NCBI GenBank assembly: GCA_964016885.1
Contig: OZ024742.1
Span: 265,670,001 to 265,734,000 of the forward strand
Origin: Eledone cirrhosa
Lineage: Eukaryota
DNA length: 64,000 nucleotides
Direction: 5' to 3'
Shown here: one piece after another, positions 41,441 through 54,974 of the stretch
Layout of the letters: every line of letters begins with the position of its first letter
How positions within the stretch are numbered: the first letter of the stretch is position 1
Made by a program: the position numbers and the translations under genes
The notes under the pieces: model-generated
Seen by the model: the letters and a program-made list of their open reading frames with translations, nothing else
Databases searched by the model: none
What the model was told of the DNA's origin: nothing

Positions 41441-41739
41441 CCAAAATTGCTGATACAAAATAATACATACAGTTAGTTTCATGCAAACACGGATATAGAG
41501 CGATTGCTTGTGATTAGAAAGTCTCTTTACTTTCCCCCATGCAATTTAGTAGGTTGACCTGGAGGGTCGCAAGCTGAAAATACTTGGATACTTTCATATA
41601 GACTTCTCAGACCTATTGCTGTTTTGAAAGGTCTTGCAATACGCGTTTTCCTTCATGTCACAAAGCAAATTCTATCTGAGTATGCACAGTAGTGCACAGC
41701 CACCACAAATTGCAACGTTCTAACATATCTAATAATTCA

Positions 41740-42025
41740 CCAATCGGTAATTGGTACTTTATCGTGCTCGAGGTCTACTCCTGGGTCTCCTGTCAGTTGG
41801 TTTTGCCCGTAAAATCTATCCAGCGATTCTTTCTTGAAACATCCTAACCCATGTCTGTAGTAACGGATTTGTGATCTCTCAATTTGAAGAATTAGCAACT
41901 CTACCTGGCGTGAATATTTGATCTCCGAGCTACGCACTCTATCGAGTAATGTTACTCCAAAGACTCTTCGGTGGAATCCCATTTCAGCTGCCTGTATTCG
42001 CGGTCATTACCCAAGATGTATTACC
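41740..42025 (-). mobile_element. RTE LINE 3' fragment
   Basis: IQAAEMGFHRRVFGVTLLDRVRSSEI..IERSQIRYY. Confidence 0.8.
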
Positions 42026-42130
42026 ATAGTTATAAACGTAATAAAATTGAATTTCCCTGTATAGATTGTTCTTAACAGGAGCAAGAAGAAGAAGAAGAAG
42101 AAGAAGAAGAAGAAGAAGAAGAAGAAGAAG

Positions 42131-42161
<31 letters not shown>

Positions 42162-42376
42162 GTGAACTTTCAGAAAGTCAACTGGACAGAGACCCTGCAA
42201 TAAAACTGATCTGATAATCTTTCTTTGGAAGACATTGACATAAACTATAGCACGCCGAGAAAAGCGAATGAGTAGCAGCATCAAATATCTTCATTCACCA
42301 CTGGGCAACTAAGAAATGTTGTAACTGTGACAGTTCTCCAGCCGGCGGGCTAGAACACACATCTACGCACATCTAT

Positions 42377-42411
<35 letters not shown>

Positions 42412-42604
42412 GTTTTATACTCTGCTATGTATTGAGTACCTTACTTACTGTGGTTACCTCCGATTCAACCCGGAATAACGTATATATATATATATATATA
42501 TTAGTTTAGCGAGGTTTTTTTATATGAAATCGTGTGTCGAAACAGATATTGTTATACTTGGGGAGGGTCATATTTGCGTAATATTGCCAGAATTAATAAC
42601 AGGA

Positions 42605-42675
<71 letters not shown>

Positions 42676-43176
42676 TACAAAATTAAATTAAGGTAAGGTT
42701 GTCATGTCTGAGAGACATGCGCCATATTCACTGCAGAATAAGCTCAAAGATTCCAATGAATAGTTCCGAGCATTTTATATCAACTAGAAATAGATTGACA
42801 CATATATAAAATAAACACATGAAACAATCTCAGGGAATAATTTGTAAAGTGTGTAAGCACACATAAAATGCAACACGTGGTTCGAGTCATTCACAGATTT
42901 GCATTTGCTGTGTAAACACAGATGGTTGGATCTTCTCCTTTGGTGACCCTCCAGGATTTGACTGCTGTGATTTACGGATTAATTGGTGAAATATATTTTA
43001 TTTAAAGAAATATATACAAAGGAGATTAATCATTTTAAAAGGTACCTATATTTGAAGTTCTAGTTAAACTTTAATTAGTTACCTACCTAGCTATGTGTGC
43101 TTACACACTTTACAAATTATTCCCTGAGATTGTTTCATGTGTTTATTTTATATATATATGTCAATCTATTTCTAGT

Positions 43177-43235
<59 letters not shown>

Positions 43236-43639
43236 AAGAAATGAAAAGATAGTTAAAAAAGTTCCATGTATTTTATTATGCGCATTTCAAAAACAAATAT
43301 CATCCTGGGACGATATTTGCGTTCTCATAAGATAAAATAGGGAGACATGATATGATGCCTAAAAAAACACTTGTGAACAAGATAGTGTCTAGTCAACATA
43401 AGATAAATAAATTTAAAAGGATACAGAAGATTGGAAAAAAGGGAAGGAAGGGGAAAAAAGGAAATAGAATATATTGTATATGCCATATTGTATATGCCAT
43501 ATGAGTTTTCAAACCAAATGATTAACAAAAAATTATTCGTGAAACCAGTAAGGATTTGAAAAATTGAAACAAAAATAGAGTATTAAAAAACAAGTTTATT
43601 TCCTTGTAATTCCTTGATATCTCTACTTGCTTCAGTCCT

Positions 43640-44620
43640 GTCTAGTAACAGTTAATAGTCAGTCACTAAAACCATCGCCTGATTTGAAACAGACAATGAA
43701 GGTGAGCCTCAACCAACATACATAATGTCTTATGTAGAAGTTATGAAAGCCTCTGCTCATTCCGTTTAAACAAATATCCAAAGTAACAAGAGTGATTCTT
43801 CCTACACTGGGGAAATTATAAGTAATGCTATTCTGAGTCAAAATTGTTTCTATAAACGATAGAGTAGAGTGTGGAGAGACTTGGTCTTCCAAAAATAATA
43901 ATACAGGTATTAGCTTCAGATTACACCAGTAACTTACAATATTTCAAGTAGAACGCTTGGGGACTGATATTTTCCATAACACAACAAACGGAATTCAACA
44001 GGAGAACGGTGTTCTATTTATTGAGAGTTTATCGAACTTAGACTTCACTCAAGAAAAAGAGGTCGGATTAGAAATATTGATAGTGTTCTGCTAAGAATAG
44101 ATAATTATCTATCAGAAAATATCAAACAAATAACAGTGATTTACACACCGGGCCATACAGATATTAGGAAAGCAGATGAATTAGCAAAGGGGGAACACAA
44201 AGGTAAATAATATATATAGACTATAATCCATATCTATTGCAAGTCAAATCATATAGCAAAAGCATTAGTCAAGGGTGGTGAAAATTGATGGAAGAATCTA
44301 GAGATTACCTCAAATTTCAATCTGCTATTGTTAAACAAAGGCTATTTTGGCTTCGAACGGGCCGTATGCTTTTGAACTATATTTAGCACGAACAATCGTA
44401 TAGAATCACCCCCAGATTCCTGTGGAGATGCCCAGAAACTTCATGGCACCATTTATTCCAATGTAGAAACTACCTGTCTGTGAGAGAGAACATCTTGAAA
44501 CTGGTCTCTAAAATACTATCAAGATCGTAGGTGCAAAATATTGAGAAAGATCTACCAAATATATATAAGATCTTTCAGTACATGGAGGCTGTGAAAAGAT
44601 TCGACAAAAGAAACATTTAG
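43640..44620 (+). mobile_element. Decayed RNase H-bearing non-LTR element (I-group-like), RNase H and Zn knuckle
   Basis: DSSYTGEI; VIYTPGHTDIRKADELAKG; LRTG..LN; HHLFQCRNY..VRE. Confidence 0.6.
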
Positions 44621-45473
44621 CTGCTTTATAGTTGTTCTTGTTTTTCACGTTTTTGCTTCTTTTCCCACCCGCTGTCTTTCCTTGATTTTTGTTTGTTAAT
44701 TGATGTAGGTTGTTTATTAATCACTGTTATATATAAACCTTATTCTAGAATGTGGGTGCGCTATTTACCCACTCATTCTAAATTAACCATAAATATTTTA
44801 TTTAATTCCATTAAAACCTCTCTTCACTTAGTATTTAGGACTGATTTCAGGTGAGGTCAAACACACAGCCATTGTATTTAATTTTTATTTTCTACGTAAT
44901 TTCTAATGAATTCTATTTTTGACTAGAAAAATCCCCCCACAAACTTATTTCTATGCTTTCACACATAAATTCTAATCATCATCGTCATCTTCTTCTTCTT
45001 CTTCTTCTTCTTCTTCTTCTTCTGTTAAGAACAATCTATACAGAGAAATTCAATTTTATTACGTTTATAAATCTCGCCTACGTGGCTTGAATTATGCACT
45101 ATATACAAGACAGACCCGAACATATAGCGGGTAGGACTAACAGTCTGGCGAATTCAACCCCATACTTTCATTCTCATACTCTTTTATTGGTTTCAGTCGA
45201 TAGCAGCCCTGCTGAGGCACCGTTTAGATTTACTCGAACATATCGACACACGTACTTATTTTTTCAAGTCGGGTATTTATTTATCAATCACAGTTTTGTC
45301 TAACCGTTTGTCTGCGTTACGGAATATAATACAAATACAAACCAACCATTGACATGAACACACGCACACATATATAAGAACAGAATCCCACAAACACACA
45401 TACACATAACAACAGAATCCAACAAACACCCATACACACACACATTTAATATATATATATATATATATGGCGA

Positions 45474-45520
45474 AAGCAGGGGAGTACGTGGCCAACCAGC
45501 GTGAAACAGACTGTCAGCTT
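45474..45520 (+). ncRNA. Degenerate HHR of the 33.4 kb family
   Basis: AAG-CAGGGGA-GTACG..CGT-GAAA-CAGACTG-TC-AGCTT; 5' core mutated. Confidence 0.45.
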
Positions 45521-45647
45521 CTTTCCCTTCTTTCGTCGAAAAGAAGTAAGTGACATAGTCACTACTTTAAAACTGATAGCGAATGGTCTTCTAAATGTTT
45601 TTAATTAAATATACGGTATATTGCCAAATATACTATACAAACAAACA

Positions 45648-45684
<37 letters not shown>

Positions 45685-46397
45685 CTTAGAGTTTAGACTC
45701 AGAGAGGTCATTTACAATCATTTCAGCTCTAGGAATTGCTTCTGAGCAGTATAAATTAATATTTGATGAACATTTACATGTTATAGTTGCAATTGACTAA
45801 TAAGATCGCTAGAGTCAAAAATCTTAATTCAACAACATAAGGTCTGCCTGTACGATCTAGAAAATAATAAATCAATACTCACAGACTCATATGGGCAAAA
45901 AGCCTTGGTACCTAGACACGTTTAAAATTCAAAATACAAACTTTTCCGCAGATCGGTCAGAACTTCAAACTTCAAACATGTTTCACAAAGGATAATAGTA
46001 AAATAATTAACTAATTAGCAGTGAGTTAATCAACTTTTTCTGTGTTTATCAATAGGCACCCAGATAAAAATAAAATAACTCAACCTTAGAAAAATATCTA
46101 AGGTCTGGTTAGCGTAGCGAAAATACACGAGGTTTTGCACACAGCTTATTCCAGTCCACCATCACCACCACCACCAACATCAACATCCCCATCACCACCA
46201 GCACCAACATCCCCATCACCGCCACCACCATCATCACCAGAGATGAATAAAAGCAACACTGGACATAACAGTTTTCCTCAAGAAACGAAAAACAAAAATG
46301 TTCAAGGGAGGTAACTCGGGTACTAGTCAATTGCAACTATAACATGTAAATGTTCATCAAATATTAATATATATATATATATATGAATGTATGTATA

Positions 46398-46503
<106 letters not shown>

Positions 46504-46651
46504 GTTAGAACACGAAAAGTGTGAAACAACAGAATGTTCACTTTTCGTGTTCTAACATATATGACTAGCTTCTTCATAAATTTTTCGGGGATAGCCGTGG
46601 TGGTGGTGATCGTATGTCATTGGCTAATTTTCAACCAATCAGAGTAAGTGT

Positions 46652-46695
<44 letters not shown>

Positions 46696-48057
46696 TATTC
46701 CCCCTCTCTCTATATATATCTTATGCTTTCGCTTTACACTCCTCCCCTTCAATAACACATTTCCCCCTCTCTATATATCTCTTCCACTGTTACTTACGCC
46801 TGTTTCTCTCTATCTGTTCCGTCTCTATATATATCTCTCTTACTCTTTGCACTCCTCCCCTTCAATACCATCTCTCCCCCTCTCTATATATTTGTTACTC
46901 TATCGCTGCACGCTCCTCTCCTTCAATATATCAATTACACACGCTTTACACTCCTTTATCCCCAGCGCCCCTAAATATACCCCCCCTCCCGCATCTATAT
47001 TTTAATGTTCCGTTGCACCGTGAATATATGTGTCTATATATATATACATATATATTGTATATACACATTCATGTATGTGTATACACACTCATGTATGTAT
47101 ATACACTGGTTTTATGTGTGTTATGTGTGTATTGTAAATTTGTACTGTTAAAACACGAAACTAACATTCGATTGACACTTTGATTACCTGTACAGGCAAT
47201 AGTTATTAGAATGCTGTTGAAGTGTGTATATATTTTGGGGGGACATCCTGTATATACACACATTATATATAATACAATAAACAGATAAATACACACATAT
47301 ATATATGAGCTTATTTAATTATAAATATTGTGAATTTTTAACTCAGTTCAATTATATATATAAATGGCTTCTACAGGACTAGAACTGTTTCATTCGAAAG
47401 AAATCATCATAATATTGAGAGGGGGGACTAGATAAAATATTTCAAATCAAATGTGTATAAGTTATAAGTTAAAATGTATAAATAGAGACGATAGTGGTGG
47501 TATATCTGTTTAGTGGAACAGTAGACGATAGAATTAAATACAGACGAGAATCTCCCTTTAATGAAACAGCAGACGATAGAATTAAGGCAATTTAAATTTT
47601 AAGCATTTGCATTTCATCGTTACGGGGTCGATAAAATAAAGTACCAGTAATACACTGTCACTATAAGTAGACGACTTTCAAATTGAATTGTTGGTTCCAT
47701 TTCTTTAGTATTTTCAATTGTAGTTATCTACTTAAAAAGCGTTACACGGTTAGAGACATAATTGGTAAGTTATATCTTCCCTATTAAACCATTGCATTAT
47801 TTCGCCTACAATAGAACAAAAATGAAATGTTCTTTAAAGAAACAGGAATATAACTTTATAAAAAAAAAAGTTGCATCCGTTTCTTTTATCATTGATAATT
47901 TTTTCGTTTTAATATTAATTGTTTTTTGTAGTTGTTTATATTAAAAATCTTACTGTAATATTTACTTAAACGAAGGCAGACATCTAAACTTATAGATTAA
48001 TCTTGAGCGAAGGACTAGATAAATCTCTCTCTATATATATATATCTATATATATATA

Positions 48058-48877
48058 TCTATATATATAAAACTGTGGTTGTCTGTCTGTCTATCGATTT
48101 TTGGCACACATCTCCTCTTAGAATCTCTCACGGAATTGCACCGAAATTGCTATACTTGTACATTGAGCCCTAGCGAAGACATCGGAAAAAAAATAATTTC
48201 AAATTGACCCACCCTATGTGACGAAATCGAATATAATGTATCGATTTTTGAGCGTAAGTTATCAGTTATTTCCCTTTGTTCTGTTTACATTGAGCGTCTT
48301 ACGTAAAAAATTACGCTGGCTTTCTCAGCGTTTAAAATGACATTAACACAATACACGAACGAACAGTTGTCGAGCCAGCAAAATATTGACCTGCAAAATT
48401 CAGCAGTTCGAACACTAAGCTTCCGTTTTGCTTCATTTCCATTTAAAAGCATTTTAAAACAATATTTTTACTTGAAAACAAGTCTATTTAAAGACTACGT
48501 AAAACAAGCAAATATTTCAGGCGTGCAGACAGACAGTCGTGCAGAGAGGTGATATAGGCGTGCAGACAGACATAACTGATAATTTGGTTACGCTAATGTT
48601 TTTCTCTGCGTTGCAGTGTTTACATTTTCGATCTTTGTTAATAAATAACCAGTGCAGTTTCTATCCCCAGCATCCTCTTTTGTTATAACATTCGGGTTAT
48701 CGTTATGTTTTCTTAACTTCATAAGGCATATTGTTGGTTGAGGGAATATTAATCAAAAACACCACATGCAAGTCTGCACAGTAGACACTACAGTTTTTAA
48801 GCCAAGAAAGAAACTTAACATTGTAACTTTAACACAGCTACTGAGCGACCCCGAGCAACGCCAGGCTTTACTGCTAG
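48058..48877 (+). mobile_element. Non-autonomous Helitron
   Basis: 5' TCTATATATATAAA with (GTCT)n; 3' hairpin CCCGAGCAACGCCAGG then CTAG; inserted between A and T, no TSD. Confidence 0.75.
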
Positions 48878-48887
48878 TATATATATA

Positions 48888-49100
48888 AACGAAGAATGAT
48901 AACATTTCAAGCAAAGAGTTTAATTAGGTAATGACTTACAAATTTGTTTCAGTATATATTTAATATAATATTAATATATTTTGTAATATTATTAACTAAT
49001 TATTATAATTAGCGCTTCAGGCTTTGTCTATATACTGAAACAAATTTGTAAGTCATTACCTAATTAAACTCTTTGCTTGAAATTTTATCACTCTTCGTTT
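48888..49100. repeat. About 70-bp inverted repeat carrying an HHR 3' half
   Basis: 48888-48958 inverted to 49030-49100; GAAA-CAAATTTG-TA. Confidence 0.7.
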
Positions 49101-49371
49101 TGAATTTCTCCTAAGTATTCAATACTCTGTTGAGAAATACATTTTACATAAACAGTCTTTGTACCATTTATACGGTATTAATTACTTATATTTATATATA
49201 TATATAGCGTATGATTAGAACTGTTTATTATTAATATTTTAATGGATTTAATGAAAAATTTTAGGTGTTCATATATATATTCTAAAAATGCGCGAAATCG
49301 TGAATCCGCGATAGTTGAACCGCCAAGTAGCGAGGTATCACTGTATATATGTTTAAATATATAGTGTAGCT

Positions 49372-49836
49372 GTGATGTATCTCGCGAGTGAATCGAGACC
49401 TGTCACTGATTTTGGTGTCCCCACTGCCGATGTGAATGAGCAACGCTGCACTTGTGAATTGGGTCTTGATGTTGCAGGCAGTTCATATACTTACAATGAT
49501 GCGGTCCCACAAGCTTGTTCACATTCCTGTGCTAATAATCTAGATGGGCGTATTAAATTGGATGTGAAAGCAGCTTACCGGATGCGGAATCGGGAGAAGT
49601 TGAGACAAAAACAGGCCGATTATAGAGCTGTGAATTTTGCTAAATTAACACAAAAACAGGCCAAGTATAGATGTTCAAAACGGTATGAGTTGGCAAACAA
49701 GCAGGCCAAGTATAGATCTGCAAATTCAGCTATTATATCTCAAAAGCAAGCCGAGCGTAGAGCTTCTAAACGTACCGAGTTGGCTAAAGAGCAGACCAAG
49801 TACAGATCTGCAAATATCTTATTGCACAAACAATAA
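49372..49836 (+). other. ORF with 15-aa basic helical repeats (KQAxYR), probably a transposon protein fragment
   Basis: YRMRNREKLRQKQAD/YRAVNFAKLTQKQAK/YRCSKRYELANKQAK/YRSANSAIISQKQAE; adjacent to a Tc1/pogo-like end at about 49310-49345. Confidence 0.45.
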
Positions 49837-50048
49837 TTCTGCACAAATGTTGCTTCATTATTAGATCTAATGTTGCAACGATACAGTTAAATGTTGTCTG
49901 TGTATTTTAAAAAAGATTTGCTTATAATCTTTTCAAATTTCATTACGCCAATGATTCAAGCTCAAATTGACATTATCTAAAAAATTGTACAAACAGCGGT
50001 GGATTAGCAGTAGTGAACAGATAAATCAGTCAATTTATTAAGATTGAC

Positions 50049-50700
50049 TTGGCATCAATCAGCAAGACCTTCATTAGCTGCTCTCCAGCCATCTATTTAA
50101 AGCTGTATACATCTATGGTACGAATACACTTGGAGTTCGCGTCATCAGTCTGGAACCCCTATCTTGCTCAGAACATTGACCTCCTGGAAACTGTTCAGAG
50201 ACATGCAACCAAGCGCATACCCTCCATCAGACACCTACCATACCCTGAATATTTTGCTTCCCTCTGGCAATAGACTTGGTAAACACCCACAAAGTTATTA
50301 ACCATCCGACCAACAACAACCCCGAACACCTTTTTGATCTCCATGTGTCTAACACGTGGACATGCCTACAAAGTCAGAAAACAACATAGCTCCCATGACT
50401 TTAGGAAATATTTCTTCATGCTCAGAGTTGCTGAAGGATGGAACACACTTCCTGGATCAGTTGTTAGCTGATGACACACTGCATCCTTTAAAACCATCAT
50501 ACATTCCGAAATACACCAAAACTACACCTGATGTCCCCCTTCCATACACATGCACATATGTGTATATCATGACTCATGCACTGTTCTTTTTTCATGACGT
50601 TTTTATATTACCCTATGTATTATATATGCACTTTTGATGAGTTGTAGTGCACCTCAGCATTGTACACAATATTTTCATTATTATTATCATTATTATTATT
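50049..50700 (+). mobile_element. CR1/L2-group LINE 3' end
   Basis: LYTSMVRIHLEFASSVWNP..IDLLETVQRHATK..LPY; TRGHAYK; (ATT)n tail. Confidence 0.85.
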
Positions 50701-51159
50701 ACACTCATTGATCCATTTTGCACTAACTCTGCATCAATCACCCTCACCTAAATATTAACCAATCAAGGATCCAATACAGCTATCTGTTGGATGAGTATTG
50801 TATAGTGCCAAAAACGAAACCAATCAGTTTAGCAGAAAGTTTCCAGACAAGAAACACGCATATTTTGCTATCCTCAAACACGTTTACACATGGCATGAAA
50901 TATAACTAATCCGAGATGGCTAGGTTTCATCTTCTAACTGGATATACGAAATCCATTATGTCTTGACAACAACATGAGGTAACATTATGTTATTCACAGA
51001 CACACTTTGTACACTGTTCCATATCAGAATGTATTTCCTTCGTCACATTCACAAACAGTATTGAAAATATGTTCTTCGGCAAATAAAAATGTTTTGTTCA
51101 TAATATTTCAACTAGCGATTGCTCTACTCCACGCACGACCACCATAAATTAATGACCAG

Positions 51160-51340
51160 CTCAACACAAGTATTGGTAGAGCGTCAGACACCATGCTTTG
51201 CAGTATTGTTATGGTCCTTTGCATTCTAAGTTCAAATCCTGCCGAGGTTAACTTCGACTTTCATACTTACTAATTCGATAAAATAAAGTACCAGTAATGG
51301 ACTGCCGTAATGGATTTGTGCCGAAAAATAGAAACACTAT
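51160..51340 (+). mobile_element. SINE family 1, diverged
   Basis: AAGTTCAAATCC B box and central domain. Confidence 0.75.
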
Positions 51341-51887
51341 TAATGTGCAATAAGAGCAAAATATAACGACATTGCTCAATTATTTTATCTAATGTTAACA
51401 CAAGGAAATGTTGTTTGTGTATTTTTTTTTATATTTGCTCATAGGCTTTTACAATTTCGCTCAGCCAACAACTGTTAAAAAGTGAGTTGCTTAAGATAAC
51501 AATTTAATCACAAATTGTTGCTATCTTTTAATACACTCCAACAAGTCATCAAATTATGTACAATAAAAACAAATCTTATTAATTTGCTCAGGGAATATAA
51601 AGAAAATGTATATACACTGATAATTGCAATTGTATGTAAATATTTTGTTTTTGTATTGTTTATTTTATGTTTTCTATTATGTATAATATATTGATTTAAT
51701 ATTGATTGTTTTTTGTAGTTGTTTATATTAAAAGTCTGAAAATATTTTTATACATCTTACACTAATATTTATAAGATAATTTATAATAACAATTACATAA
51801 TCTAATTACATTACAACGATAATTTATTATTAATATATATCCTGTTTAACTAGAGTTATTACAAGCGTTGCCTTAAAAAAATATTAA

Positions 51888-52844
51888 ACTAGACATGAAA
51901 AATGCGCAAGCTCAAAGGTGCCACAGAATGTTATAATAAACCTTCAAAAGTGTGGGACTAGAGTTGTTGCTAAAAAATATTGTAATCATTATATATCGTA
52001 CATTCTGTGGCATCCTTTATAAAAATAGCTTAAACCAACGAAGCCTTTATTTTTACGCTATTTCACTTAGTTAATTCTTAGAGTGTAACATATAAAAATA
52101 AATACATCTATGTTTAATGTAATAACAGCTATAAATAATTACGTAATATTATTATCATATACTCATAGTAACAAAATAATCGTGTTGAAAATTAATATGA
52201 TGCTTATATGAACGATCAAATCTATAATGATAATTTCTTAAATATACTAATAGTAAAATAATTTAGTTATCTATTGTTACATTTTCATAGAACTATAATA
52301 TTAACAATCGTATTGCATTATCAAATTTTTATCACTACAAACTTTCATATTGGAATTACCTTAAGCCACTTATTATTACTTCGCTTTCGTACTTTTACAG
52401 CTGTAGATATTGCGCTGTATCTTATATCTAATATCAATATCTCATGGTAATTTGCATGCAGTGTAAAATAGGTTTATTAATAACTTTAATATGAAATGTA
52501 TTATACAGGGCTGCGGAGTCGGCCAAAAATTGACTGGCTCCAACTCAGGATCCGATACTCCATTATTTCCTAAATTTCAGCTCCGCAGCTCTGTTATTAT
52601 ATTAATTAATTTATTTTATAGTTGTAAATCATATTTTTATATGTTACACTCTAAGAATTAACTAAGTGAAATAGCGTAAAAATAAAGGCTTCGTTGGTTT
52701 AAGCTATTTTTATAAAGGATGCCACAGAATGTACGATATATAATGATTACAATATTTTTTAGCAACAACTCTAGTCCCACACTTTTGAAGGTTTATTATA
52801 ACATTCTGTGGCACCTTTGAGCTTGCGCATTTTTCATGTCTAGT
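51888..52844. repeat. Fold-back with about 213-bp near-perfect inverted arms
   Basis: 51888-52100 is the reverse complement of 52632-52844. Confidence 0.9.
52506..52593. mobile_element. 88-bp hAT-like MITE
   Basis: TIRs CAGGGCTGCGGAG / CTCCGCAGCTCTG; 7/8 TSD GTATTATA/TTATTATA. Confidence 0.65.
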
Positions 52845-52857
52845 ATATATATGTATA

Positions 52858-53003
<146 letters not shown>

Positions 53004-53108
53004 TTTCATTAAGGCTAAATAGTGAATCGTATTACTCCGGAGTTCCCTTTGTTTACCACAAGGTTATCAGACAAGTTTTTGTCTTATCACAGAGTCATCA
53101 GACAAGAA

Positions 53109-53156
53109 CTTGTCTGATGACCCTGTGATAAACAAGCGAAATTCCAGAGTAACAAG
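53109..53156 (+). ncRNA. Type I hammerhead (decayed), mirrored at about 53025-53075
   Basis: CTTGT-CTGATGA-C CCTGT gataa ACAAG C-GAAA-TTCCAGAG-TA-ACAAG; mirror copy gives palindromic CTCCGGAG stem III and CTTGT/ACAAAG stem II. Confidence 0.65.
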
Positions 53157-53387
53157 ATTCACTATTCAGCCTTAATAAAATTAATATTTAAACTCTACTT
53201 TGGTACGCTTTCATCAGATAAAATACAAAGTGTGTTTTATAAATTTTGACATAGCCAAGGAATATACCTTAACGGTTGAAGTTTTCCTTGGATATCCAAG
53301 TTGAAGTTTTCCTTGGATATCCAAGGAAAACTTCAACCGTTAAGGTATGTTCCTTGGTTATGTCAAAATTTATAAAACACAATTGGT

Positions 53388-53448
53388 ATTTTATCTGATG
53401 AAAGCGTACCAAAGTTTTTGGTACCCTTGAAATATATATATATAGAAT
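53388..53448 (+). ncRNA. Type I hammerhead related to the 29.8 kb family
   Basis: ATTTTAT-CTGATGA-AAG C GTACCAAA..TTTGGTAC C CTT-GAAA-(TA)n-ATAGAAT; one-nt register defect at the cleavage site. Confidence 0.6.
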
Positions 53449-53598
53449 AAATGAATAAATATGGTTTTATAAATATAGTTTCCATTTATTTAATATCATT
53501 GAATATTATACCCCTGAAAACTTGTCGAGTGCTCTGAATCAGTTATAAACATTTATATTATATTTGTTTAATTACCAACAAATTGAATATCCCTTCTG

Positions 53599-53676
<78 letters not shown>

Positions 53677-54472
53677 CCTAGCCAAGATGCCACACAGCGG
53701 GCCTAAACCAAGAACAACTTCGTTGTGAAGCGAACCCCTTTAACTACACAGTCATGCTTGTACCAATATATGCATACACACCTACCTATCTATCTACCCA
53801 TCTATCTATCTCTCTACAAAACATAGATAATTAGATAGATTGATATATAGAAAGAAAGATAGAACATATTTATATTGTTTATTTTTGGTAGTAAATTCTG
53901 ATGTTATAAATTGTGCCCTAAACAGCCGAATATTCGTCGAATTTCTATTTGTATATAGTATTTACAGTAAATAGTTTAACCTAGACTTATTAACTGTGTA
54001 TATGAATATACATGTTGAGTATATAGACATGGAAACAAGTCAAGTTTATGTATTACCGTGTAATAGCAATCACGAAAGAACATACTAATTTGCATATCTA
54101 TATTCCCATTCACGCGGAAATAAATGTATTGTATACTTATGTTCTTTTCAGTTTACAAGGAAATATCTAAATTTTACATGTTTATATATCTATATACTAA
54201 ATATGTACAGATATGAATTATATGTACTTGGAATATTTAGAAAATGGCAAAACTAATGTTGGCGGAATTTGAACTCAGAACGTAAAGGTCAGTAACAATG
54301 TTGCAAAGCATGTACGACTCTCTTCCGATGTTGCCAATCCGCCAGCCTTGCATGTGTGATAACAAATATTTGGTAATAAAGTCAATCAACAAATACACAC
54401 ACACATACACACACACATATATATATATATATGTATACATATATATGTATATATATATATATATATATATAC

Positions 54473-54972
<500 letters not shown>

Positions 54973-54974
54973 CG

